Counted from the stretch's first letter, positions 39,402-49,983 are shown. The stretch: 64,000 bases of DNA from an uncultured Planctomycetota bacterium (GCA_963719315.1 CAVRBU010000003.1:64001-128000); one strand, 5' to 3'. Numbers and translations: made by a program. Notes: a model not told the origin generated them from the sequence alone.

Positions 39402-40778
39402 TCACAAATCATGGTTCGGCGTTGATGCGTTTGTAATCGCGACCGAGAGAGATCGGCCAGTTCGCCAGAAGTAGAAGCCGCCAACAAACACAGTCAGCGA
39501 TCCGACGACCGACAGCACCAGCGAGAAGTATTGCAGGAACTCCGTGCGCGAAGTTTGTGCGAACAGTACGTCTTTACCGATTTGGGTGATGCAGCTGGCG
39601 GTATAGCCGGCGCTATCGGCCAGGTAGATGCAGAACACGGCGGTGCCGACGAATTGGGTGGAGGCCATCAGGCGGTCGAACAGGACCGAGTTGTAGGGTA
39701 CATAGGCCAGGTAACCGCCGAAGCCGATTGAGGCGACCCACCAGAAACCGCTGATCGCGCCCATCATGTGGAGCACTGTGGCGGCGCCGATGATCAGGAA
39801 TCCGCATGCGATCGCCACGAAAATTACGAGCAGGCCGCGGCGGTTGTCTTTCACCAAAAACAATAGGGCCATCGTTGCGAGCACGCCGAGCGCGACACCA
39901 AGTTCCATCCGGGACATGATGTTTTTGTTTTGCTCGTAGGCGTAGCCGAGTTGATCGAGCACATCGACCTGGTAGTTGTCGCGGTAATCGCGAAAAATCG
40001 TGAGGAACACGTAGGCGATGATGAGCGGGACAATGCCCGGGAGGTACGCCAGCAGGAACTGGCGGCGGCGCTGGCTGGACATTGGTTCGCGTTCGGTGCG
40101 GGCGGCCATGTCCGCGAGCGTGGGTTCGGGCACCTGATCGAGCAGCCACACGGCAAGAAGAAATGCCGGCAGAAACAACAGGCCGGTCGCGGCGGGCATC
40201 CAGAATTCGGTCAGCGGCGGCATCGGATTTGGATACGCAATGCCCATGAAGTGAATCGCGTCACCAGCCAACAAGGCGCGACCCACATCTTTGAAAACGC
40301 CGCTGGCGATAATGAACGAACACGCCATTCCGGCCAGCAGAATATCGGAAGTGCGGCGGCCCTCGAGATAACGCACAACCAGCCCGAACACCATGCCGAG
40401 CGGGAAGCCATTGAGAAAGATCGCGGCGACCTTCCACTCAGGCGGAGCAATAGCGAACAGCAGCAAGGCGAACTCGGCGAACCCGATCAGTCCGATCAGC
40501 ATCCAGATTCGACGGCTGCGGCCGGATTCGGAAACCAACTTTGTGCCGACGTATTTCGCAACCGTATAGCCGAGGAGTTGGCTGACGACCAGCGCGGTTT
40601 TGAATTGGATATTCGTGCCGAAGAATTGCAGTCCTTCGTAGGCGGCCGCGGTGAACGGTTTGCGGAACGCATACGCGCAGAAGTAGACGATGAACGCGCT
40701 GACGACGGCATACCCGTTCAGGACGCCTGCCGGGGAGCGTTTAAGCCACTGCGTGATTTTGCCGCGTTGGGTGGGCAT
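39402..40778 (-). CDS. DUF5690-family MFS-like membrane transporter
   Basis: YFCAYAFRKPF, FLNGFPLGMVFG...YLEGRR, FRDYRDN, YLADSAGY; many TM segments. Confidence 0.75.
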   Translation of the reverse strand: MPTQRGKITQWLKRSPAGVLNGYAVVSAFIVYFCAYAFRKPFTAAAYEGLQFFGTNIQFKTALVVSQLLGYTVAKYVGTKLVSESGRSRRIWMLIGLIGFAEFALLLFAIAPPEWKVAAIFLNGFPLGMVFGLVVRYLEGRRTSDILLAGMACSFIIASGVFKDVGRALLAGDAIHFMGIAYPNPMPPLTEFWMPAATGLLFLPAFLLAVWLLDQVPEPTLADMAARTEREPMSSQRRRQFLLAYLPGIVPLIIAYVFLTIFRDYRDNYQVDVLDQLGYAYEQNKNIMSRMELGVALGVLATMALLFLVKDNRRGLLVIFVAIACGFLIIGAATVLHMMGAISGFWWVASIGFGGYLAYVPYNSVLFDRLMASTQFVGTAVFCIYLADSAGYTASCITQIGKDVLFAQTSRTEFLQYFSLVLSVVGSLTVFVGGFYFWRTGRSLSVAITNASTPNHDL

Positions 40779-41084
40779 TGATAGCCTTCGATTGGGATCG
40801 CAAGCTGAGTGGGGCGGACCTTGATTCGCTTCTCAATCTGTTGGGTTCGTAAATGGCGCGGGCAGACCCGGCGCCACCCTCCTCTTGGAGCTGAAAACCT
40901 AAGAATTCCGCAATGCTGAGAGTAGCTGCCAAGGGGCTGGCGATCAATTAGAATGGTGGGCGAGGACCGGCCATGCGCGGCTTGATGCGTATCGCGGGAA
41001 CGTAGCGGCCTGCGATCGGTTTTGATGGCCTGTTCTTTTGGGTGGCATCCTGAGCTTATTCGTGACTTGTGAGGTACAGATATC

Positions 41085-42401
41085 ATGCTGAAACGCATAT
41101 TTGTTTTGTCGAGTCTCCTGCTCGTGTTCGCAACGAAGTCAAAGGCGGCCGATGACAAGATCGACTTCGTCAAGCAGATTCAGCCGATTCTCGTTGAGTC
41201 CTGCGGTAAATGCCACGGTGAAGACAAAGCGTCGGCGAAAATGCGGCTGCACACGGCGGCAGCTCTCAAAGAGAAATGGGACACGCAGAAGGATTTGATC
41301 ATCGCGGGCGATCCGGAGAAGAGCGAGCTTTACAAGCGACTCGTGCTGCCGGCCGCCAACAAAAAGCGGATGCCTAAGGGCGGCGACCCGCTGGCCAAAG
41401 ATAAGATCGACCTCATCGGTCGTTGGATCAAGGAAGGTGCCGTATTGCCGTTGGTGGCGGCGGTTGAGGCGGCAGCTAAGCCGCAAGCGGCGGACGCGCC
41501 CAAGAAAGAAGAAAAGCCGGCCGAGATTCCGCTGCCGAAGGTTGGGCCGGCGCCCAAAGAAGCAATCGATAAGCTGACGGCGGCCGGCGCACAAGTGATG
41601 CCGCTGTTTGCTGATAGCTCGCTGCTGACGGTGTCCTTCGCCCATCGCAGCGAGCCGGCGGGCGACGCGGAGATCGCGCTACTGGCCGGCGTGGCCGAGC
41701 AGTGCTACGCGCTCAACCTGGCCGACTCGAAACCGACCGACGCCGGACTCGCGCCGCTGGCGAGCCTGAAGAACCTGGCCGAACTCCATCTCGAACATTC
41801 GACGATTACCGACACCGGCCTCGCACATCTAAAAGGCCTGGGTGGCTTGCAATACGTGAATTTGTATGGAACCACTATCACCGATGCCGGGCTGCCGAAT
41901 CTCAAAGACCTCAAGAATCTGCGGAAGTTGTATCTGTGGGAGACGAAGGTCAGTTACGATCCGGCAATGGCATTGGAAAAAAACATTCCTGGATTGATGG
42001 TAAATTTGGGATACAATCACCCGGTCGTGATGAAGATGCGGCTGACGAAAGAGCTGGAAGTGGCGAAGAAACAGGCCGAAGAAGCCAAGGCGGACGAAGC
42101 CAAAGCGCAGCAGCAGCTCGAAGCGGCGAAAAAGAACGAGGAAGCGGTGAACGCCCGGGTGGCCGATATCGAGAAGCAGCTCAAGGAGGCGGGAGGCGCT
42201 GCGGCACCGGCGGCGGATACGAAGAAGCCGGAAGGCGAAGCAAAGCCGGCGGCCGATAAAGTTGCCTCTGAAAAAGCGGCGACAGAAAAGGCGGCTGCCG
42301 AGAAAGCGGCAGCGGACGCCAAGGCCGCGGCCGAGAAGGCTGCAGCCGACAAAGCAGCGGCAGACGCGAAAGCGGCTGTTGAAGCTAAAGAGAAAAAGTA
42401 A
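41085..42401 (+). CDS. Planctomycete cytochrome c domain + leucine-rich repeats + Ala/Lys/Glu-rich tail
   Basis: DFVKQIQPILVESCGKCHG, RMP, LRR units (ITDTGLAHLKGL), KAAAEKAAAD repeats. Confidence 0.85.
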   Translation: MLKRIFVLSSLLLVFATKSKAADDKIDFVKQIQPILVESCGKCHGEDKASAKMRLHTAAALKEKWDTQKDLIIAGDPEKSELYKRLVLPAANKKRMPKGGDPLAKDKIDLIGRWIKEGAVLPLVAAVEAAAKPQAADAPKKEEKPAEIPLPKVGPAPKEAIDKLTAAGAQVMPLFADSSLLTVSFAHRSEPAGDAEIALLAGVAEQCYALNLADSKPTDAGLAPLASLKNLAELHLEHSTITDTGLAHLKGLGGLQYVNLYGTTITDAGLPNLKDLKNLRKLYLWETKVSYDPAMALEKNIPGLMVNLGYNHPVVMKMRLTKELEVAKKQAEEAKADEAKAQQQLEAAKKNEEAVNARVADIEKQLKEAGGAAAPAADTKKPEGEAKPAADKVASEKAATEKAAAEKAAADAKAAAEKAAADKAAADAKAAVEAKEKK

Positions 42402-42486
42402 AGGATCGTGATGAGCCGCTTGGCGGCCGTATTTCATTATCGGGAAAGAATCCGCGGCGCCGGGTGGATAGCTAAGGAGTGCGGTA

Positions 42487-43584
42487 ATGTCCTCAACGAT
42501 TCGTCGACGTGAGTTTTTGCAATTGGCGGCCGGAGCGGCGGCGGGCGTTGCGGGAATTACGGCGGCGCCCAGGATCCTCACGGCGAAGAAAACTAATTCG
42601 CCAATCATTCTGGGCGAAGGCGAGCACAAATACGAAGTGCTTCACAACTGGCCGCAGTTGCCCGCTCAATTCACCTGGCAAACCACGCACGACGTGGCCT
42701 TCGATAAGGCCGGCAATCTATACGTTATCCACCAGGGCGACGAAAAAAAGCCGGATCATCCGGCGATCTTCGTGTTCGATGCCGATGGGAAATACGTCCG
42801 TTCGTTCGGCCAGGAGTTTCAAGGCGGCGGGCATGGCCTCGAAGTTTACGAAGAGAACGGCAACGAATTCCTGTACATCGCGGCTTATCAGCAAGTGAAA
42901 AAGTTTGCCAAGCTCACGCTCCAGGGAGAAATGGTTTGGGAACGGCACGCACCAATGGAATCGGGCATTTATTTGAAGGGAGAGGACACTTCACACAAAT
43001 CGGGGAAAGCTCGGAACAAGTTCCAGCCGACGAATATCGCATTTCGGCAGGACGGGACCGGTTTTTACCTTGCCGATGGCTACGGCGCTTATGTGATCCA
43101 TGTCTACGATCACGACGCGAATTACCAATCAACTTTCGGTAAGCCGGGCAAAGCGGACGGCGAATTCGATCTGCCACATGGAGTGTGGACCGATACACGC
43201 TCGGGAAGAGAGCCGTCTGTCGTCGTGGCCGATCGTGTAAACGGCCGGCTCCAATGGTTCACGCCGGAAGGCAAGCATCTGGAAACGCTGGACGGTTTCC
43301 TTCTACCCGCGAACGTTGACACCTTCGGCGAACTGATGCTCGTGCCCGAGCTCGAATCGCGCGTGACGCTACTCGATGGAAAAAACAAGGTGGTTGCCCG
43401 ATTTGGCGACGATGCGGCGTGGCGCGAAAAAGTAGGAAAGCAAGGCATCCGCCAGCACCCCGAGCAATGGCCAGATGGCAAATTCATCCACCCACACGAC
43501 GCTTGCTTCGACGCCCAGGGCAATATCTTCGTCTGCGAGTGGGTAGCGACGGGGCGGGTTTCGAAGATGCGGAAGCTGAGCTAG
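42487..43584 (+). CDS. Tat-exported NHL-repeat beta-propeller protein (peptidylglycine lyase-like)
   Basis: IRRREFL, YLADGYG, FDLPHGV, VADRVNGRLQ, FIHPHDACFD. Confidence 0.8.
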   Translation: MSSTIRRREFLQLAAGAAAGVAGITAAPRILTAKKTNSPIILGEGEHKYEVLHNWPQLPAQFTWQTTHDVAFDKAGNLYVIHQGDEKKPDHPAIFVFDADGKYVRSFGQEFQGGGHGLEVYEENGNEFLYIAAYQQVKKFAKLTLQGEMVWERHAPMESGIYLKGEDTSHKSGKARNKFQPTNIAFRQDGTGFYLADGYGAYVIHVYDHDANYQSTFGKPGKADGEFDLPHGVWTDTRSGREPSVVVADRVNGRLQWFTPEGKHLETLDGFLLPANVDTFGELMLVPELESRVTLLDGKNKVVARFGDDAAWREKVGKQGIRQHPEQWPDGKFIHPHDACFDAQGNIFVCEWVATGRVSKMRKLS

Positions 43585-43619
43585 TGAGGCTTCCGAATTT
43601 CTACATATAGGATGCGATT

Positions 43620-44051
43620 GTGCCTGATGCCCCATCGGACGACGAATTAGAACGGATTCGCGCCGCCGTCGCCGGCGGCAGGAAGATCGAAGCGATCAAG
43701 CTGTATCGCGAATCGACCGGCGCGGGGTTGGCGGAAGCGAAACGGGCAGTCGAATCGCTGGAAGCTGGGCGCTCGATCGGCGGGAAGGCGATTGAATCCG
43801 CGTCCAACGAGGACATCGACCAAATTCAAGCCGCCGTGTTTGCCGGCGAGAAGATTAATGCGATCAAACTGTATCGTACTGTCACGGGAAAAGGCCTTAA
43901 GGAATCCAAACAGTTTATCGAAGCCTTGGAAGTGGAACTGAGGCGAACGGAGCCAACCCGATTCACCGCACCGGCGGCGAAGGGCTGTGGCGTCAGTGTT
44001 CTGTGCCTGCTGGTAGTCGCGGTCTTGGTAGCAAGACTCGTTTTGGCATAA
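43620..44051 (+). CDS. Protein with two L7/L12 C-terminal-like domains and a C-terminal TM segment
   Basis: KIEAIKLYRESTGAGLAEAKRAVE and KINAIKLYRTVTGKGLKESKQFIE. Confidence 0.75.
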   Translation: MPDAPSDDELERIRAAVAGGRKIEAIKLYRESTGAGLAEAKRAVESLEAGRSIGGKAIESASNEDIDQIQAAVFAGEKINAIKLYRTVTGKGLKESKQFIEALEVELRRTEPTRFTAPAAKGCGVSVLCLLVVAVLVARLVLA

Positions 44052-44099
44052 ATGTCGCAGGAACTTGCGTAGAACAGCGTTTTATTTCTCGTATTACAT

Positions 44100-45423
44100 C
44101 AGTAGTGTCCCAACGTTTTCTCGTGGTTTGATTGTAAGTTGTTAATTGTTTCTAGTTTACGGAAGACCATGACCTGCTTCGATTTGAAATTGCCTTGGCC
44201 GATAATTTCCGATTTCCGGGATTTCGGAGGGGAATCGGTCTATGCACGCAGGCAAGTTGGTGTTCTCGCAGTTGATGGACTTTGTTCCGTGGCGCCGTTT
44301 CGAGACGTGCGTCCGTCGCTACGACGGCGATCACAAGATCAAAACGTTTCCCTGCGGCGAACATCTGCGGGTGATGGCCTTCGCGCAACTTACCTACCGG
44401 GAAAGCTTGCGCGATGTCGAAACCTGTCTGCGGGCCGTGCAGACCAAGTGGTATCACAGGGGGATTCGCGGCGGCGTCTCGCGGAACAATCTGTCGAACG
44501 CGAATCGAGTGCGCGACTGGCGGATCTACGCCGACTTCGCTCAGATTCTGATCGGAGAAGCCCGCGCCTGTACGCCGCGGAAGACTTGGGCATCGACTTG
44601 GATGCCACCGTCTACGCGCTCGACGCCTCCACGATCGACTTGTGCCTGTCGCTGTTCCCTTGGGCCCGGTTTCGCCGGACCAAGGGGGCCGTCAAACTGC
44701 ACACGCTGCTCAATCTTCATGGCAACATCCCCGAATTTATCCTGATTTCCGACGGAAAACTGCACGATGTGAACGTATTGGATTACCTGGTTCCATCACC
44801 AGGCGCATACTACGTCATGGACCGCGGGTATCTCGACTTTGCTCGTCTGTACCAACTTCACCAAGCGAAAGCGTATTTCGTCACCCGAGCCAAGAAGAAT
44901 TTTACGTTTCAGCGACGTTACTCCCGGGAGGTCGACAGAACGACTGGCGTGCAGTGCGACCAGACGGTGGTCTTGGAAACGTTTTACTCTTTTCAAGGGT
45001 ACCCCGAACCGTTGCGTCGCATTCGTTACTACGACCAGTCGCTCGGCAAGCGTCTGGTGTTTCTGACCAACGACTTCGAGTTGCCGGCGACGACGATCGC
45101 GGCGCTGTACAAGTCCCGTTGGCAGATCGAGTTGGTTTTCAAATGGATCAAACAACACCTGCGGATCAAGTCGTTCTATGGCACGAACCAGAACGCCGTG
45201 AAGGCTCAAATCTGGATCGCCGTTTCGGTCTACTTGCTCGTGGCCATCGCCAAAAAACGCCTCGGCATCGAAATGTCGCTTTACACAATTCTACAGATTC
45301 TCAGCGTCTCGATTTTCGAGAAAACCCCCTTGGTCGAGCTGTTTTCGCAATCCAACTACAAAATCCTACTACCCCATTCTCCTAACCAGTTGTCGCTATT
45401 CGACTAACGTTGGGACACTACTG
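44100..45423 (+). mobile_element. IS4-family element (1324 bp)
   Basis: Perfect 18-bp TIR CAGTAGTGTCCCAACGTT; 9-bp target duplication GTATTACAT (44091-44099, 45424-45432). Confidence 0.95.
44242..45407 (+). CDS. IS4 transposase (DUF4372 + DDE); 1-nt frameshift near 44566
   Basis: FAQLTYRESLRD; ALDASTIDL; MDRGY; YKSRWQIELVFKWIKQHL. Confidence 0.88.
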
Positions 45424-45434
45424 GTATTACATCA

Positions 45435-45773
45435 ATGAGTAGCACAAACCTCGCAGTGCTGGTGACCATCGCCTTCAGCGTACTGGGCGTTGTCGGCGAT
45501 TACTTCTTGAAGCTGGCCAGCGGGAAGGAATACTCGCTCAAGGCTGTTGAGTTTTATGCTGGATTCATCATTTATGCTTCGACGGCATTCGGTTGGGTGT
45601 TCGTGATGAAGCATCTTAAGCTAGCGACCGTCGGTGTGGTGTACTGCATGTCGATGGTGCTGATGCTCGCGACGATTGGGGTGGTGGCGTTCAAGGAGTC
45701 GCTGAACTGCTATGAAATTGCCGGTATCGCGATGGCGATAGCGTCGCTGGTGTTGTTGGTACGGTTCAGTTGA
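45435..45773 (+). CDS. Small SMR/DMT-superfamily transporter
   Basis: 112 aa, four TM segments, IGVVAFKESL...EIAGI. Confidence 0.7.
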   Translation: MSSTNLAVLVTIAFSVLGVVGDYFLKLASGKEYSLKAVEFYAGFIIYASTAFGWVFVMKHLKLATVGVVYCMSMVLMLATIGVVAFKESLNCYEIAGIAMAIASLVLLVRFS

Positions 45774-45883
45774 CCGGGCAGTCGAGTTTTGCGCCAAATC
45801 CTTCTGATTGAATGGCAGGGGAAGGCGCAAAAGTCGTGAAGAAATTGAGTAGCAATTCGATCTCCATCTGCCGCAGGCAGAAA

Positions 45884-47068
45884 TTAGTCCGCAATAAGCG
45901 TCTTGCGAAATGCCCGCGGCGTCGTGCCGAAGGATTTGCGGAAGGCGACGCCAAAGCGGGTGGCGTTCGAGAAGCCGCAAGCGAGCGCGATTTCGGTGAT
46001 GGACAACTCGCGGCGGCCCAAGAGCTGCTTGCCGCGTTCGAGTCGGACGCGGCGAATCTCCTCGGCCGGCGAGCGACCTAGGTACGAGCGGAATTGAATT
46101 TCGAGGCTGCGCCGGGAAATCGGCACCTCCCGCAGAATATCTTCGACGACGATGCCGTGGTGGGCGTGGGTGCGGATGTACCGCAGCGCGCGGACGACGG
46201 CCGGGTCGTCGATGGCCAGCACGTCGGTCGATTGGCGGCTGACCACTCCATGCGGCGCGATGAGTACGGCCTCATCGGGCGGACCCGAGCCGGACATCAT
46301 TTGATACAACATCGCGGCCGCGTCGTGGCCCAAGCGCTCGCAGGCGACCGAGATGCTGGAGAGGGGCGGCGTGGATACTTCGCACAAAAGTTCGTCGGTG
46401 TCGCCGGCCAGAATCGCAATGTCGTCGGGAATCCGCACACCGGCGAAATGACAAATCTCGGCGAGTTGCCGCGCGTTGTGCGCATCGACGGCGAGAATCG
46501 CGATCGGCCTGGGCAGCGCGGCCAGCCAGCGACTTACGCGGCGCTGCTGCTCTTCCCAACCGATCTTGCGACCGGCGCGATAGCCAGGCAGATACTCGTG
46601 GCATTCGTAATTCAACTCGCCGACGGCGCGGATGAACGCATCGCCGCGGTTCTTGGAGTAGCGATTGCTGGGCGGCGCGAAGTACGCGAACTTTCGGAAG
46701 CCGCGCGCAACAAAGTGCTCTAGCGCCAGTCGGGCTCGTTCGACCTCATCGGTAATTACCGTGCCTACATTGCGAAGGCCTTCGTACACATCATCCACAT
46801 TCACTACCGGCAAACCCTTTTCGCGAATCTGCTGCCACTGTGTGCGATTCGTGATGCGGGCAATGACGCCATCGCCGTGCCAGCCTTCAGGTATCGCAGA
46901 GCGTTGCTCGTGATCGCGGGGATCGATCAGCAAATGCCAATGAGTGTGCTTCTCCGCAAAGTGGGCGATGCCGCGGATCACGCGACCGCCCCAGCTCGTT
47001 TCCGTTTCAATGAGTACGGCAACGTGCTGAACTTGAAATTGCCCGTCGATATTTGCCGGATGAGCCAT
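45884..47068 (-). CDS. XylR-type regulator (periplasmic-binding-like domain + AraC HTH)
   Basis: VAVLIET, WHGDGVIAR, PPLSSI, SRRSLE...RSPAEEIRRVRL, IALACGF. Confidence 0.88.
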   Translation of the reverse strand: MAHPANIDGQFQVQHVAVLIETETSWGGRVIRGIAHFAEKHTHWHLLIDPRDHEQRSAIPEGWHGDGVIARITNRTQWQQIREKGLPVVNVDDVYEGLRNVGTVITDEVERARLALEHFVARGFRKFAYFAPPSNRYSKNRGDAFIRAVGELNYECHEYLPGYRAGRKIGWEEQQRRVSRWLAALPRPIAILAVDAHNARQLAEICHFAGVRIPDDIAILAGDTDELLCEVSTPPLSSISVACERLGHDAAAMLYQMMSGSGPPDEAVLIAPHGVVSRQSTDVLAIDDPAVVRALRYIRTHAHHGIVVEDILREVPISRRSLEIQFRSYLGRSPAEEIRRVRLERGKQLLGRRELSITEIALACGFSNATRFGVAFRKSFGTTPRAFRKTLIAD

Positions 47069-47177
47069 GAACAATGCGTCGGAAAAGTGCAAAAAAACCG
47101 GGAGGTGGACAGGTAGCCGTCCCTAGCGTTAGTATTTATCCATCTCGTTTGATTTTACCAAGGAATTCACGATTCCG

Positions 47178-47193
47178 TGCGCAAAAAAGAGAC
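47178..47193. promoter_or_regulatory. Candidate operator between the regulator and anmK
   Basis: TGCGCAAAAAAGAGAC, 14/16 identical to 52209-52224. Confidence 0.5.
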
Positions 47194-47356
47194 ATAGCGG
47201 GTGAGTATTTCTCGCTCTATCGATCGGAAATGGGGTGGGTCGAGGCGGTTGGAGAGTTCGGCAGGGTTCTAGAGGCGGCCCTTTCGAACCGATTGGAGGG
47301 CGGGAAAGCCTGCTCTAATTGGACGAAGCCGCGTTGTATGCGTGCACCGCAAATGA

Positions 47357-48451
47357 TTGGCGGATCGAACGGTGGCGAAAAAACAACTTCAAAAAGTTCT
47401 GGGGCTGATGAGCGGCACGTCGGCCGATGGCGCCGATGTGGCTCTTATCGCGACCGACGGTGAAGACGCGATCGAGTTCTTCGGCGGCCTGACGTTGCCC
47501 TACGATCGCGAGTTGCGCGCTCGCGTTCTCGAAGCTTCGCAACACGATGTGCCGCTTTTGGAACTCGCTCGGGTGGAGCGCGATATTACGCTGCATCACG
47601 CCGAAGCGGTGGCCGAGCTCCTGCGAACGTTGCCACGCGAGTCCGAGGGCACCGATCTGATCGGGTTTCATGGTCACACGGTTCGGCACATCGCGAGTGA
47701 GCAGATCTGCTGGCAAATCAGCAACCCCTGGCTGCTCGCCGAAAAAACTGGCATGCGAGTCGTGAGCGACTTTCGTCGCCACGACGTCGCGGTCGGCGGC
47801 CAAGGAGCACCCTTGGTTGGAATGTTTCATCGAGCGCTCTTCGCCAATGAGCCGCGGCCAACGGTAATCTTGAACTTGGGCGGCGTGGCGAACATTACGT
47901 GGTTGGGCGAAAAGGAAGAAATCATCGCCGGCGACACCGGGCCAGGCTGCGGGCTGCTCGACGAATGGGTTCAAGAAATGTCCGGCCAGTCGCACGACAA
48001 GGATGGTCGGCTGGCGAAACAAGGAAAGGTCAACGACGGTCTCGTGGCCGCCGTGCTAGCGACGCCCTTTTTTTCCAAGCCGCTGCCGCGGTCGGCCGAC
48101 CGCTTTGACTTCGATCACGTGGACGTTTCCGGAATGAGCGTGGAGGACGGTGCCGCGACGTTGTGTGCAGTGACAGTCCGGGCCGTCGTGAAGGCGGTAA
48201 AGCAGATGCCGAAACCGCCGGCCTCGGTGTGGGTCACGGGGGGCGGCGTGCATCACCCGGTCATCATGCGGATGCTGACCGAGAGTTTTGGGAATGTGCA
48301 AAACGTCCGCCAAATGGGCCTCAACCCCGATACGCTTGAGGCCGAGTGCTTCGCGTGGCTGGCCGTCCGACACACCAAGGGTTTGCCGCTGACGATTCCG
48401 GAAACCACCGGCTGCCGCAGAGCGGTTTGTGGCGGGGTAGTTACTTGCTAA
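47357..48451 (+). CDS. anmK: Anhydro-N-acetylmuramic acid kinase
   Basis: GLMSGTSADGAD, IGFHGHTV, DFRRHDVAVGGQGAPL, LNLGGVANIT, DTGPG, GGGVH, EAECFAWLA; start may be GTG at 47372. Confidence 0.93.
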   Translation: MADRTVAKKQLQKVLGLMSGTSADGADVALIATDGEDAIEFFGGLTLPYDRELRARVLEASQHDVPLLELARVERDITLHHAEAVAELLRTLPRESEGTDLIGFHGHTVRHIASEQICWQISNPWLLAEKTGMRVVSDFRRHDVAVGGQGAPLVGMFHRALFANEPRPTVILNLGGVANITWLGEKEEIIAGDTGPGCGLLDEWVQEMSGQSHDKDGRLAKQGKVNDGLVAAVLATPFFSKPLPRSADRFDFDHVDVSGMSVEDGAATLCAVTVRAVVKAVKQMPKPPASVWVTGGGVHHPVIMRMLTESFGNVQNVRQMGLNPDTLEAECFAWLAVRHTKGLPLTIPETTGCRRAVCGGVVTC

Positions 48452-48517
48452 AGCAATTCTAGGCACTGCCTTCGGTGCGAGTGGCGCTTCGCATAGTTCT
48501 CGGTTTAGTCGTTGTTC

Positions 48518-48601
48518 GTAGGGTTCAGGGTTCAGGGAAGGTGTCGGGTGTCAGGGTTCAGGGTTCAGTTCTGGCTCTCGACCCTAGACCTTCGACCCTA
48601 G
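48518..48601. repeat. 7-mer arrays (GGGTTCA/GGGTGTC, then GACCCTA-type) between convergent genes
   Basis: GGGTTCAGGGTTCAGGGAAGGTGTCGGGTGTCAGGGTTCAGGGTTCAG ... CGACCCTAGACCTTCGACCCTAG. Confidence 0.8.
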
Positions 48602-49983
48602 TCCCTCTTCTGCAACACTCCGTCAATCCAAACTTCCGTCCCCGCCGCTAATTTGAATTTCGTGCCGCCGCCCGGATAGACGACCGGTACAGAGGCCCCG
48701 CCCCAACTCGGCGGGTAGACGCGGAACACGTTGCCGTTGCCCGACCACTTGTCGAGCGCCGATTCGCTGAGATCAAGCATCGTTCCGCCCGTGCCGCCGC
48801 CAGAACATTCGATTTGAGTCTGCTTGACGGCCTCCGCGACTTTCACGGCGATACCTTGTGGGTTCGTTCCCCAGCCGGCGTCTACTTTAATGCGGTTGCG
48901 GGTGCCTCGGACGATGATGCCGATGGCTCCGGTACTGACTAGAATCTGCCCCTCCACGTTGACGTTCGACCGCAGCGTCGTCAGCTCTACGCCAGCGATA
49001 TCCGTGTTGCCCTCCTTTACGCCGGCCGTCTGGCCCCGCAGGCCCGTGATATCGACACTGTTGCTTTCGATCAGCAGGCCGCGATACCAGCAAGTGCCCG
49101 GCCCGAAATCGAGTCCGTCGATCCGTGTGAATTGCGAGCCGGCCAGAATGTGCGTGCCAACCCGAGCCGCCTCGAAATAGCAATCGTTGACGACCACGGC
49201 CGTACTAATTACGCAACTGCGGGTTGCCCCATAGACGTGACAGTCGGTGACGTGCGTACCCGGCCCGCTGAGAATCAGGCCGTCTTTGACCACGCCCGTG
49301 ATATTGATGTGCGCCAGCCGCGAATCGCCGACGCTGTTGTCGATTCCGTTGATGGCCTGACTGATCGTGATGTAATCGAGCCGGGGCTTGAAGCCGTCGA
49401 AGATGCTGGGCGCACCTGACTGCCCACTCATGTTCGCCCCCCGCAGCACGATGGCCGTTCCGGGAATCTGGAACAGCCGCAAGTGGTCGCCACTGAACCC
49501 GGCGGCCTGGATACACAGCCCATCCGCCCGCCAGACGAAGTGCTGGCCATGCGCGCCGCTGACGGCGTAAGGGTAGGAACGGAAGTCCGCCTGGCCGTCC
49601 ACGGCGAAGCCGGAGAAGCACGGCCGCAGCACGCTGCGGAGCGTCAGGTCGCCGTCGCGGTTGTTATTGTTCCACCAGCCGCCGACGTGGCCTTCGCCGT
49701 AGCCTTCCGTCTTGATGAGCTGACCCGTAACGCTAGCCGCGAATCGCAACACGCTTTGCGTGTCTCCCTTGCCGACGAGCGTGCCGGCCGGAATCTGCGG
49801 CTCCGTTGCTTGAAACGGCGGCGGCACGCTCTCGCCCGAGTGCTGCGGGATGACGACCGTGGCCGAGTAGTTCTTGACGCCGGCCGGCAAGTCCGTCGCG
49901 AGGCAGGCGGACGAGCACAAATAGAACGGGGCCAATGAACAATAAACTATGAACAATGAACAACTAGATACACGATTCAACAT
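48598..49983 (-). CDS. Secreted hypothetical protein, probable right-handed beta-helix
   Basis: Signal peptide; Gly/Val/Ile-rich periodic beta segments; LVGKGDTQSVLR resembles pectate-lyase-fold N-termini. Confidence 0.55.
   Translation of the reverse strand: MLNRVSSCSLFIVYCSLAPFYLCSSACLATDLPAGVKNYSATVVIPQHSGESVPPPFQATEPQIPAGTLVGKGDTQSVLRFAASVTGQLIKTEGYGEGHVGGWWNNNNRDGDLTLRSVLRPCFSGFAVDGQADFRSYPYAVSGAHGQHFVWRADGLCIQAAGFSGDHLRLFQIPGTAIVLRGANMSGQSGAPSIFDGFKPRLDYITISQAINGIDNSVGDSRLAHINITGVVKDGLILSGPGTHVTDCHVYGATRSCVISTAVVVNDCYFEAARVGTHILAGSQFTRIDGLDFGPGTCWYRGLLIESNSVDITGLRGQTAGVKEGNTDIAGVELTTLRSNVNVEGQILVSTGAIGIIVRGTRNRIKVDAGWGTNPQGIAVKVAEAVKQTQIECSGGGTGGTMLDLSESALDKWSGNGNVFRVYPPSWGGASVPVVYPGGGTKFKLAAGTEVWIDGVLQKRD

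Noticed and set aside
42240..42395. Repetitive DNA at the end of the cytochrome c-LRR gene
   Set aside because: Explained by a low-complexity KAAAE/KAAAD protein tail.
43620..44051. Ribosomal protein gene rplL
   Set aside because: Two tandem C-terminal-like domains plus a TM tail, no N-terminal dimerisation domain and no rplJ/rpoB context.
35279..45423. Composite transposon or prophage spanning the IS cluster
   Set aside because: Each IS has its own target duplication, showing independent insertions; no integrase or phage genes are present.
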